Shown: positions 28,197 through 36,982 of the stretch, one piece after another
Numbering within the stretch: position 1 is the first letter of the stretch
Layout: each line of letters begins with the position of its first letter
Assembly (NCBI GenBank): GCA_965221695.1
Contig: OZ244905.1
Span: forward strand, 512,001-576,000
Direction of reading: 5' to 3'
DNA length: 64,000 bases
DNA from: Gammaproteobacteria bacterium
GTDB taxonomy: Bacteria > Pseudomonadota > Gammaproteobacteria > Eutrophobiales > Eutrophobiaceae
Notes under the pieces: generated by a model
The model's database searches: none
What the model saw: the letters and a program-made list of their open reading frames with translations, nothing else
What the model was told of the DNA's origin: nothing
Position numbers and translations under genes: made by a program

Positions 28197-29963
28197 GTGA
28201 ATAAGTTTCAGATAAACAGCATATGGCGCTGGCAAGGCAGAACAATATTTCTATCCTGGTTTTTTATATGTGTTTTACTTTTATTTTGTGATGACGTTTA
28301 TTCCAAGGATTGTAAGCAAAAAGCGCTTCCGTCGGATGGTTGTCAGCTAAATAGGCATGGACTTCTTGTTAATCATGCGCTTCATCTTATTGCTGATAAA
28401 GATAACTCCTCGGATGATGAGGATATCATCTTCGGTTTCGATAATGGGGACTACAAAAAAGCAAAAGAGAAAATGCGTCTGACAGACGAAGGTCTATTGG
28501 GAATAAACACCTCTACTCCTTCAGCCGTATTGGATGTGCGGGACAGACCGCTGAATTTCAAAGGAACAATAAACAAGAATAATGCTGACATTGCTACCTT
28601 AACGCCTGACTTGAGAGTCATTGCGCGTTTTGGCACGGACACATATGGTGACTCTTTATTATTGCGTGACGAAAGTAACGCAGGCCATCTGCCTAAGTTG
28701 AAGTCATATAGTGGAATGGCAATATCTGGAGGTAATATACTCAAGGTTCATCTGAGTCCGTCAAATGAACTATATGCTATTCATGATTTTGTATCAATGG
28801 TCGGACTGGATGTCGTCATGTTAGCAACGGACGCTGAGAATATTAATGCTGCCACGGATCTTCATGGCATTCACAGGTTGAATGGCCTCCCCCGAAAACA
28901 CAATCATTGGGATATTCGCGGTCGAGCTATTACCATGCATATGAACAGGCATAAATTCATTACTGTAGGTATTGGTTACGATGAAGACTATACGCCCAGA
29001 GAAAGGCTGGATGTTCACGGCGCTATTTTAATCGGCAACAATTTTCAGACTCAAAATCCCGTGCCCGGGACCATCCGCTATGCAAACGGGAGGTTTGAGG
29101 GGTATACCAATGACCAGTGGGAAGATCTGGGCGCGAAAAACGATGCCGATATCCTGGATCTACGCGAAATTTTCCTTCTTCCAGGACACGATGAGAGAGG
29201 CAAAATTGCCTTTGGCGTGGAATCAGCAAATGACGAGTACGGTAACAACTATATCGTCAACAGCCTTAATGCTCCACCTGACGATTCCTCTCATTTCTTA
29301 GTCGCAGCGGAGAAAGATGAATACAACTACAGTACTGATGATAGGCACACTTCCGGTGGAATCTCCGTAGTTACCAGCGATGCGCCACGATTTACCGTGA
29401 AGGGTAACGGTAATGCCTATATCCACAAACGTCTTTCTATCGGAGTAGGCGCGCCGGTACAGGATAGCGCGCTGACCGTGGCCGGCGCTGTTCATATAGG
29501 CCCCCGGAACTTGAAGCCAGCCACCTTTGATTATGATGACCATCTGGCAGATTACCTGTTATGGGTAGAGCGCGGCATCGTGAGTGAGGATTTTGCCATT
29601 GCAAATGTCAGACAGTGGAGCGACCATGTTTTCGATGAAAACTACCCGTTAAAACCCTTGTCTGAGGTCGAAGCTTTCATCCATGAAAATGGGCATCTGC
29701 CTGGTGTGCCTTCGGCAGAAGAAGTAGCTGATGATGGCTATAGCATGCATGATATGACGCGTATTCTGCTGGAGAAAGTAGAGGAATTGACGCTGCATAC
29801 GTTGGCCCAGCAAAAAGCCATCGAAAAACAGCAAGAAGAAATCTTGAGCTTGCGAACACAACTGACCCGGGTTGCCGAAGTTGTAGATGCGGAAATTGGG
29901 GAAACCGTACCGGTGAAGGGGCAACAAACACCGGCTCAGAAGGTTGGCAGTATCAGTTTCTGA
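28197..29963 (+). CDS. Exported fibre-like protein with Bacteroidota-type C-terminal chaperone-like/coiled-coil domain
   Basis: GLLGINTSTPSAVLDV-type repeats, GTIRYANGRFEGY, WSDHVFDENYPLKPLSEVEAFIHENGHLPGVPSAEEV...LLEKVEELTLH; AGGAGG RBS and hydrophobic N-terminus. Confidence 0.75.
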   Translation: MNKFQINSIWRWQGRTIFLSWFFICVLLLFCDDVYSKDCKQKALPSDGCQLNRHGLLVNHALHLIADKDNSSDDEDIIFGFDNGDYKKAKEKMRLTDEGLLGINTSTPSAVLDVRDRPLNFKGTINKNNADIATLTPDLRVIARFGTDTYGDSLLLRDESNAGHLPKLKSYSGMAISGGNILKVHLSPSNELYAIHDFVSMVGLDVVMLATDAENINAATDLHGIHRLNGLPRKHNHWDIRGRAITMHMNRHKFITVGIGYDEDYTPRERLDVHGAILIGNNFQTQNPVPGTIRYANGRFEGYTNDQWEDLGAKNDADILDLREIFLLPGHDERGKIAFGVESANDEYGNNYIVNSLNAPPDDSSHFLVAAEKDEYNYSTDDRHTSGGISVVTSDAPRFTVKGNGNAYIHKRLSIGVGAPVQDSALTVAGAVHIGPRNLKPATFDYDDHLADYLLWVERGIVSEDFAIANVRQWSDHVFDENYPLKPLSEVEAFIHENGHLPGVPSAEEVADDGYSMHDMTRILLEKVEELTLHTLAQQKAIEKQQEEILSLRTQLTRVAEVVDAEIGETVPVKGQQTPAQKVGSISF

Positions 29964-30004
29964 TTCTTGCAGTTGTTGAATTTCTCGATGCGCCATTGCT
30001 TGTC

Positions 30005-30086
30005 TTTTTTGCGCCTATGGGCACGTGCTCCCTCAACCAGAGCTACGGCTATGCTATCGGTCGCAGGCGCCCATAGGCACAAAAAA
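30005..30086. terminator. Long inverted repeat between convergent genes, probable bidirectional terminator
   Basis: TTTTTTGCGCCTATGGGCAC (30005-30024) vs GCGCCCATAGGCACAAAAAA (30067-30086): 18/20 complementary, 42-bp spacer. Confidence 0.45.
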
Positions 30087-30096
30087 TCCGGCGCAA

Positions 30097-30990
30097 TCAT
30101 CGCATCGCCTGGTGAGATATCCGGGCTGATCTGTTTTCTTCCCATGACAGCGCCAGGTAAGGACGGCTTGTATTTCCACTCAACAATATCACCATATCCA
30201 GTTTTACCCTGCTTTGGCCAACAATGCCTTCGCTGGTGACGGTGAAAGTTCTGTCTCTGTGTGAGATAAAATACTCGCTGCCTGCATCCGGTATCACAGC
30301 ATTCGCGCCAGTTTTCTTGCGAGAAGCCAGAAATTTGTTTATTTGCGCTGCATCGCTGCCTGGCAACGCCAACAAAAGTTCTCTTGGCGCCACCATAGGA
30401 TTAATCCCCGGCAGTAATGAATGAACAGTCAGCAGCGGATGGATTTTCACATAGATTTTATTGTTCACCCCCGCTACCAGGCGCAGTTCATCAATGCTGT
30501 TAAAAGGTCCGTCTTTGGCGTCATAATCTACGTTGTTATAGTCACTGTCTTCAGCGCCTGATCGGCGCCGGTTACTGTCGCGGTCGCGCCAGTCAAGTAT
30601 GGCATCAAGCAGAAACGGCGTTTGCTTATCATCTCCTGCCACAGTCTTAATGACAGCATGAAGTAATTCAGGATTGGCTGTATTCAGGTCAATTTTTCCG
30701 GCTTCATCCTGAATCCGCAAATTAATTTTCTGTGTGGCAAAATTGATTGCAACTGTGCTTCCGTCCGTCGGCCACCGCCGTTTTGGCGGCGGCTTTAATA
30801 AATCCGACACCGCCAGCCACAGCCCCGCCTCAGCGATAGCCTTGGTCCTCGCTATCTCGACAATATGAACGGTAAGCTGTGTTTCTATACGCGTCGCATA
30901 ACTGTAGCCGGTAGCCATTATGGTAAGCAAGACCAGGAGCCAAAGCGTCAATACCAATACGACCCCTGCTTGTTTTGGCCTATCCCGCAT
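30097..30990 (-). CDS. gspK: Type II secretion minor pseudopilin K
   Basis: QAGVVLVLTLWLL, IQDEAGKIDLN, AILDWRD, GAEDSDY and PFNSIDEL motifs. Confidence 0.92.
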   Translation of the reverse strand: MRDRPKQAGVVLVLTLWLLVLLTIMATGYSYATRIETQLTVHIVEIARTKAIAEAGLWLAVSDLLKPPPKRRWPTDGSTVAINFATQKINLRIQDEAGKIDLNTANPELLHAVIKTVAGDDKQTPFLLDAILDWRDRDSNRRRSGAEDSDYNNVDYDAKDGPFNSIDELRLVAGVNNKIYVKIHPLLTVHSLLPGINPMVAPRELLLALPGSDAAQINKFLASRKKTGANAVIPDAGSEYFISHRDRTFTVTSEGIVGQSRVKLDMVILLSGNTSRPYLALSWEENRSARISHQAMR

Positions 30991-31037
30991 TTGTCAGCAG
31001 TCCGCTTGTTGCTATCGCAAACATCTGAGAAATGCGG

Positions 31038-31742
31038 CTATGCGCCAAAATTATCTTCTTCCGAGTTCAGGGTCAACTGCGGTTGCCCGTGACTGACCTG
31101 GGCCCTGAGAGCAATCACCAACTCGGGCCATTGTGCCGCTTGATCAGTGATAATCCGCAGCCGCAGCAAGTCAGGCAAACGCTCGCTGTTATTCCAATGG
31201 TTGCGCCAGGTCATCGGGCTTTCCTCATTGTCTCGCCCAAAATAATCCAGGTTAATCGTCCTGATATGCTTAATCAGGCTGATTTCATTTACTGAGCCCG
31301 GAAAACTGTTCTCATGTAACCGGGTTTTGTAACGTATCAGTGGCAGGTAGATGAGCGCCAACTCATCCCCTCTCATTTTCAGTTGCAGGAAATGCAGGCC
31401 GCTGCCGGCATGATGAGCCGGGAGTCTCGATACAAAATGTAAAGAAGAATTATTGCCGTTAAACAGCACGCGTTGTTCTCCTGCTCCCGTCAGGAGAACC
31501 GGCGCTGTTTGCTCGAGCAAGCGGCGCATGAATGATACGACTAAACGTTTATCATCGTTTTTCATGGTATGAATTTCACTTGCGCGCCAACTGTGACCCG
31601 CAGAATAAAGGCTGCCATAGAGCATAACCAGTATGAGGCTGAATAATACCAACGCTATCAACGTCTCCATCAAGGTAAAGCCGGTTACAGCGCCAGGACG
31701 AGAATCAACCCCGGTCTGATTTTCATTGTATTTGCCAGGCAC
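31038..31742 (-). CDS. gspJ: Type II secretion minor pseudopilin J
   Basis: Prepilin motif GFTLMETLIAL; W...W....RLP...WPELVI C-terminus; position in operon. Confidence 0.85.
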   Translation of the reverse strand: MPGKYNENQTGVDSRPGAVTGFTLMETLIALVLFSLILVMLYGSLYSAGHSWRASEIHTMKNDDKRLVVSFMRRLLEQTAPVLLTGAGEQRVLFNGNNSSLHFVSRLPAHHAGSGLHFLQLKMRGDELALIYLPLIRYKTRLHENSFPGSVNEISLIKHIRTINLDYFGRDNEESPMTWRNHWNNSERLPDLLRLRIITDQAAQWPELVIALRAQVSHGQPQLTLNSEEDNFGA

Positions 31743-31748
31743 GGTATC

Positions 31749-32144
31749 TCAGCGTGTTTTGATTAGTTTGAGCGTTTGTATATCCACCCGCTTTATCTTG
31801 CCTCGACTTACCCAGCTCACCCTGGAACTGAACATCATCAAGGTATACGGAGGTGATGTGAAACCTATTTGGTAGTTTTCATTCATATAGTCATCTATGC
31901 GGATCTCCCAATCATATTTATTGTCTACTCTACCGCGCTTTTGAAAACCAAGTATTTTGTGATCGGCTGAAACGCCAGCCAGTTTGGCTTCGGCAATTGC
32001 TGATGCTTGCGCATATTCGTTTGCAAGTGTCATTGCAGTCGCCCCTTTAGCATAGATTTGGAAAATAATACCTAAAGACGCGGCAGTGATGGTGAAAGCG
32101 ACCAGGACTTCAATCAGGGTAAATCCGTAGAGGCGTCGGGACAT
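31749..32144 (-). CDS. gspI: Type II secretion minor pseudopilin I
   Basis: GFTLIEVLVAF prepilin motif; size and position. Confidence 0.85.
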   Translation of the reverse strand: MSRRLYGFTLIEVLVAFTITAASLGIIFQIYAKGATAMTLANEYAQASAIAEAKLAGVSADHKILGFQKRGRVDNKYDWEIRIDDYMNENYQIGFTSPPYTLMMFSSRVSWVSRGKIKRVDIQTLKLIKTR

Positions 32145-32145
32145 A

Positions 32146-32589
32146 TTATTGGTTATTGGCAGTCACCCGGCCGGTTATCCAGTCTACCTGGATATAAGCA
32201 ACAAACTCTCCTTGTTGCATACGAATTTGTCCTCCCGTTGAACTGCCGTCGGGGTAGAAGCGGATGGCGCCTTCATGCGACGATAGCTGCTCCTGTTGCG
32301 CGGTGACCAAGGCGAGGGTTACATCATCCGGAAGATGCAAATCACGGCGCTTGCCTGTAACAGACATCGAACCCTCCTCCACATTGAGGTCAAGCGTTAC
32401 CGATTGTCCCGATCTCATGGCAGAACTCCTGGCCAGGCGTAAGCCGGAAACCAGTTCCCGTTGCGCGCTTTTGATTTGCATATTCTCAATACTTCCGGGC
32501 AGCAATGGCAACGTAATGGCTGACAGCAATGCCAAAATACTCAACACAATGAGTAGCTCGAACAAGGTAAAACCGCTTTGTGAAAACAT
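32146..32589 (-). CDS. gspH: Type II secretion minor pseudopilin H
   Basis: GFTLFELLIVL; IRFYPDGSSTGG and VDWITGRV motifs. Confidence 0.9.
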   Translation of the reverse strand: MFSQSGFTLFELLIVLSILALLSAITLPLLPGSIENMQIKSAQRELVSGLRLARSSAMRSGQSVTLDLNVEEGSMSVTGKRRDLHLPDDVTLALVTAQQEQLSSHEGAIRFYPDGSSTGGQIRMQQGEFVAYIQVDWITGRVTANNQ

Positions 32590-32603
32590 TTTCTGCAGAC
32601 TGG

Positions 32604-33830
32604 CTAAATCACGAGTTCATTCATGCTGAGAACAGCCTGTAATACCGCGATAATGATGAGCGCGATCAAGCCACCTAAAATCAGGATCAGTATCGGTTCA
32701 AGGATGGTTAATAAACGTTTCGTAACAGTACGCGTCTCATTGTCACAGATATCGGCAATCTTTATCAGCATGGTTTCCAATTGGCCACTCTCTTCACCAA
32801 TCTCGATCAGTTGCACCGCCAAATCAGGACATACGCCTGAGTCTTTCAAAGGTTTCGTCATAGACTGACCTTGTTCAAGATTAGTCGCCATGGCGCTGAC
32901 TATCCGGGCGATGAAACGATTGTTTATCAACTCTTTGACCAGTCCGATACCAGTCAGCAAGGGCACACCATTAGTCACAGCCGTGCCTAGAGTGCGCGCG
33001 AATCTTGCCATCTCCATTTGTTTGATAATAACGCCGATGTAAGGCAGGTTTAGACGCCATCTGTCGAAGCGCAAACGGAAGGCGGCATTTGATAAACATT
33101 TATCTATGCTCCAGAACAAGATTACAAACAAGCACAACAACGCCCACCAATATTGTTGGAACAGCGCAGAGAACGAAAAGACAACCCGTGTTAGCCAGGG
33201 CAAACTGTAGTTCGCATCATCAAACAACAGCACAAATTCCGGCACGACAAATAACATCAGGACAATCAGCGACAAAATCGAAAACCCTACCAGCACAGCC
33301 GGATAGATCAGCGCAGTAATTACAGAAGCGCGCAGTTCTGACATGCGTTCCAGAAAATCAGCCAGGCGTTTGGTCACCACATCCAAGGCGCCACTGGCCT
33401 CCCCGGCTTTGATCATATTGATATATAAATTATCGAATACACCGGACTGCGCCGCCAGCGCTGCCGATAAGCTTGCGCCGCTTTGTATTTCCTGTAACAG
33501 ATTTTGCAATAACCGCTGTGCCGGCGGGGCAAGGTCAAGCTGACTTAAAATACGCAGCGCATTATCCAACGGCAAGCCTGCTTCCAATAATGTTGCCAGT
33601 TCCCGGGTAATCAGATTCAACTCTTTCTGTGTGATTTTGTTTTGTTGCCGCCAAAATGAAGAGCGTATTAAATCAAACCAATTCCCGGACCTGATTTCTT
33701 CGGCGCTTACAGGTAAATAGCCTGCGCTCTGCAATTTGATAATGGCTGACTCTTTGGAAATGGCGTCTATTACGCCCTGAAAAGTCTCACCCTTTTGGAG
33801 AGAGACTGCTTTGTATTTGAACTGAGGCAT
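32604..33830 (-). CDS. gspF: Type II secretion inner-membrane platform protein F
   Basis: ELATLLEAGLPL, AGEASG, ALIYP, IGEESGQL and LEP motifs. Confidence 0.93.
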   Translation of the reverse strand: MPQFKYKAVSLQKGETFQGVIDAISKESAIIKLQSAGYLPVSAEEIRSGNWFDLIRSSFWRQQNKITQKELNLITRELATLLEAGLPLDNALRILSQLDLAPPAQRLLQNLLQEIQSGASLSAALAAQSGVFDNLYINMIKAGEASGALDVVTKRLADFLERMSELRASVITALIYPAVLVGFSILSLIVLMLFVVPEFVLLFDDANYSLPWLTRVVFSFSALFQQYWWALLCLFVILFWSIDKCLSNAAFRLRFDRWRLNLPYIGVIIKQMEMARFARTLGTAVTNGVPLLTGIGLVKELINNRFIARIVSAMATNLEQGQSMTKPLKDSGVCPDLAVQLIEIGEESGQLETMLIKIADICDNETRTVTKRLLTILEPILILILGGLIALIIIAVLQAVLSMNELVI

Positions 33831-33848
33831 TGCGCGCGCTGATTTGCG

Positions 33849-36020
33849 TCAAGAAGCGCTTTTTTGCGGATATTGTTTGGGAGGGGTTAGCCCGCGCAGC
33901 TTGCGCTTGAATTCTTCAGTTACTTCCCTTGCCTCATTACGGTTGCGTATCACTTGCGGCGTAATCATCACCAACAGTTCGGTGCGCCGCAGTTCATCTC
34001 GGCTATTCCCAAACAGCCTGCCCAGAAGAGGAAGCCTGTAAAGGATGGGTATGCCGGACTTGGCATCGGCTGCCGTATCCTGTATCAGCCCTCCCAGTAT
34101 AATTGTTTCCCCTGAATTGATCGCGACGGCGCTTTGAATCTGGCGCTGCTGGATGGTCGGCGCGTTAAGACTGGATGAAGCGGTAGCGACAGCATTGCTG
34201 ACTTCCTGTTCGATTTCCAACGTCACCAGACCGCTGCTGTTGACCCGCGGCGTCACCGTCAATGATACGCCTGTTTGCCTGAATTGGATCTCGTTGACCG
34301 TCGGCGCATCCGGGTTGATATTGCTGATAGATTGACGAGTAGGGACAGGAATTTCATTGCCGACTTTTATAACCGCCGTCTGATTATCCAATACCATCAA
34401 AGATGGTGAAGATAATACGTTGACTTCTGTCTCCTCCTGCAAAGCGTTTAATGCAAATCGAACCCGGTCAGCATTGTCTATCACAGTATAGGAGAACGAG
34501 GGACTCAGCGCAGAGATGCCGGAATTACCCAAATCCAGAATGCCGCGACCTTCGTTTATATTTCCACCTTCAATATTGTTCTTAAAATACCACTCAACAC
34601 CGAAATCGAGTTCATCTTTCAAACTGACTTCAACAATACTCGCTTCAATCAACACCTGTAAAGGCGCTACATCCAGCTTGACGAGGGCCGCCTTAACCAT
34701 CTTGTAATCCTGGGGCGTGGCAAGGATTACCAGAGCATTACGCACATCATCGGCGATGATTTCGACCGATTGCTCAGACGGCAAAGCCATTCCCGCGCCT
34801 GCATGGCCAGGGGCCTGAATTGTATCCAACCGGCTATCAGCCAAACCGCTGCTCACGGATTGGCTGTCATCTGCACTGATCTCCACCGGCCGCAGACCGG
34901 GCGCCAATCCGGCCTGCGGTATAGTTTGCGCGCCTGCAGATGCGGCCGAAAAAATCTGTCCAAGAATCCTGCCCAGGTCTATCGCCTTGGCATTTTGCAC
35001 ATTATAGACATACAAATGTTTACCGATTGCCTCGCCCGGCCGGTCCAGACGGTGTATCCAAATCTCAACCTCTCTCAGCGCGGACTGTGTGGAACTTATC
35101 AACAGTATTGATTGAAGTCGTTTAATCGGCACGGTTCGCACCAACCCGCCAAGCAGCTCATTGCCGGGTTCAATATCGATCGCGCCGATGATACTTTCCA
35201 GTTCATTTCTCATTATCTCAGCATCGACATATTCCAATGGGTACAGACCAACCGACATTCCGCGTAACCAATCGACATCAAAAACTTCCACCGCATCTTG
35301 TAACGCGGTTATTTTTTGCCGTGTGCCGGAAATAATGAGCAGGTTTCTTTTGCGGTCTATACGGAGTTCACCGCCTTCTGTCATAAACGGCTCCAGGATC
35401 TTTTGCATCTCCTGGGCCGCAATAAATTTAAGCGGGATGATTCTGACCGAGTGGCCTGCAACAATCTCTCGTGACAAGAGCGGTGACAGGTTGTTATTCA
35501 GAGAGTGACTCTTTGGCAGCGCCTGGTATAGGTTATCTTTGCGTAGCAGCGTTGCGCCATTCATAGCCAGGATATTTTCCAGCAACTCCGGCAAACCTGA
35601 TTTATCGAACGGCTGCGCGGTGGCTATCGTAACTTTTCCTGTCACACCCTCGTCTATAATATAATTCACTCCCAACAAGTCGCCTAACACTACCTTGATA
35701 AATTCCCTGATATCCGTATCCTCAAAGTTCAGGATAATATTGCCTTCAACATCGACTTCTTTATCTTTTGGCGGCGCGGTGGCAACATATTCACCTGTGC
35801 CAAGTTCCAGAATTTGCTGCCTGCCTTTTCTAAGAGGTCGTTGCAGGTTTGGTGAAATGACAGCTTTTCTATCGTCCTCGAGAGGCAAGGCCTCAACATC
35901 GCCGGTTTCCGTCCTGATCTGTGCTGGCACGGACTTTTCCTGAACAGGCGCCTGACTGCAAGCCGCGACGGCTAACAGCAAGATGAACGAAATTGACAAA
36001 AAATGTGCTCGCATACACAT
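33849..36020 (-). CDS. gspD: Type II secretion secretin D (lipoprotein, XpsD type)
   Basis: Lipobox LLAVAAC; LNFEDTDI, FDVDWL, QVLIEASIVEV, LSSPSLMVLDN and GIPILYRLPLLGRLF motifs. Confidence 0.95.
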   Translation of the reverse strand: MCMRAHFLSISFILLLAVAACSQAPVQEKSVPAQIRTETGDVEALPLEDDRKAVISPNLQRPLRKGRQQILELGTGEYVATAPPKDKEVDVEGNIILNFEDTDIREFIKVVLGDLLGVNYIIDEGVTGKVTIATAQPFDKSGLPELLENILAMNGATLLRKDNLYQALPKSHSLNNNLSPLLSREIVAGHSVRIIPLKFIAAQEMQKILEPFMTEGGELRIDRKRNLLIISGTRQKITALQDAVEVFDVDWLRGMSVGLYPLEYVDAEIMRNELESIIGAIDIEPGNELLGGLVRTVPIKRLQSILLISSTQSALREVEIWIHRLDRPGEAIGKHLYVYNVQNAKAIDLGRILGQIFSAASAGAQTIPQAGLAPGLRPVEISADDSQSVSSGLADSRLDTIQAPGHAGAGMALPSEQSVEIIADDVRNALVILATPQDYKMVKAALVKLDVAPLQVLIEASIVEVSLKDELDFGVEWYFKNNIEGGNINEGRGILDLGNSGISALSPSFSYTVIDNADRVRFALNALQEETEVNVLSSPSLMVLDNQTAVIKVGNEIPVPTRQSISNINPDAPTVNEIQFRQTGVSLTVTPRVNSSGLVTLEIEQEVSNAVATASSSLNAPTIQQRQIQSAVAINSGETIILGGLIQDTAADAKSGIPILYRLPLLGRLFGNSRDELRRTELLVMITPQVIRNRNEAREVTEEFKRKLRGLTPPKQYPQKSAS

Positions 36021-36053
36021 AACAGAACTCAGTACAGTACTGGTAAAGATATT

Positions 36054-36074
36054 TTATAATATTTATATTATATA
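36054..36074. promoter_or_regulatory. Putative operator between divergent gspD and dgoA
   Basis: TTATAATATTTATATTAT (36054-36071) is the exact reverse complement of 13641-13658. Confidence 0.55.
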
Positions 36075-36188
36075 CTCTAAAAAAGTTAAGAATGATATTT
36101 TTGCCAGAGTCGCCTTTCAGACGCCACAGTTTGATGGTATATCAGATACAATCGTTCCCTGCGCCTACAATGGAAAAACACCTGATGA

Positions 36189-36851
36189 ATGAGTCGAATG
36201 ATGCAAAATGAAACTACAAAAAACGACAGCGAGTTGCGTAAATTGCCAATCATTGCGGTACTGCGCGGGATCAATCCAGAGCAAGTCGTAAGTGTGGGAG
36301 AGGCGCTGACCCAGTCCGGTATTATGATCATGGAGGTCACGCTGAATTCGCCGTCGCCTTATACGTCTATTCAAAGACTTTCGCAACGGTTTGCAACGGA
36401 GATACTGGTGGGCGCCGGCACAGTCACCCGTGTGGAACAAGTGCATAAAGTCAAGCAAGCAGGCGGCCGCCTTATCGTAGCGCCGAACATGGATACGGAT
36501 GTGATTCAGAGCGCAAAATCGCAAGGGTTACTCGCCATCCCCGGCTGTTTCACACCAACGGAAGTGTTTACCGCAATCAAGGCGGGCGCCGATGCGATTA
36601 AGCTGTTTCCGGCAGAAATGCTATCCCCCGCAGCCGTCAAGGCAATGCGCGCGGCGCTGCCAGCGGATCTGATGCTGTTTGTGGTGGGAGGGATCAATGC
36701 CGGCAACATGCTGGACTACCTGCGGCAAGGAGCGGATGGCGTCGGAACAGGATCGTCTTTATATAAACCGGGAAAAACCCTGTCAGACATAGCTGCCGAC
36801 GCTACAGCGCTTGTGCAGACTTTCAACGCTGGGAATCCAGTCAAACTATGA
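36189..36851 (+). CDS. dgoA: 2-dehydro-3-deoxy-6-phosphogalactonate aldolase
   Basis: LPIIAVLRGI, EVTLNSP, VGAGTV, KLFPAE, VGGI and GSSLYKPG motifs. Confidence 0.88.
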   Translation: MSRMMQNETTKNDSELRKLPIIAVLRGINPEQVVSVGEALTQSGIMIMEVTLNSPSPYTSIQRLSQRFATEILVGAGTVTRVEQVHKVKQAGGRLIVAPNMDTDVIQSAKSQGLLAIPGCFTPTEVFTAIKAGADAIKLFPAEMLSPAAVKAMRAALPADLMLFVVGGINAGNMLDYLRQGADGVGTGSSLYKPGKTLSDIAADATALVQTFNAGNPVKL

Positions 36852-36879
36852 CGCTACACCGCCTCTCTTTCTGAATGTT

Positions 36880-36975
36880 GTCTGCGTTAGTCTGCGCATC
36901 TCCTGAAAATATGCGTTAATCTGCCCAATCTCCTGATAATATATTTGCGATAATCTGCGTCATCTGCGGATAAGA
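36880..36975. repeat. Short degenerate TCTGCG repeat cluster
   Basis: TCTGCGTTAGTCTGCGCATCTCCTGA, TATGCGTTAATCTGCCCAATCTCCTGA and TTTGCGATAATCTGCGTCATCTGCGGA in tandem. Confidence 0.5.
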
Positions 36976-36982
36976 TCGTATT

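Noticed and set aside
28197-29963. Prophage remnant
   Set aside because: No other phage genes, integrase or att sites; the protein has an export-like N-terminus.
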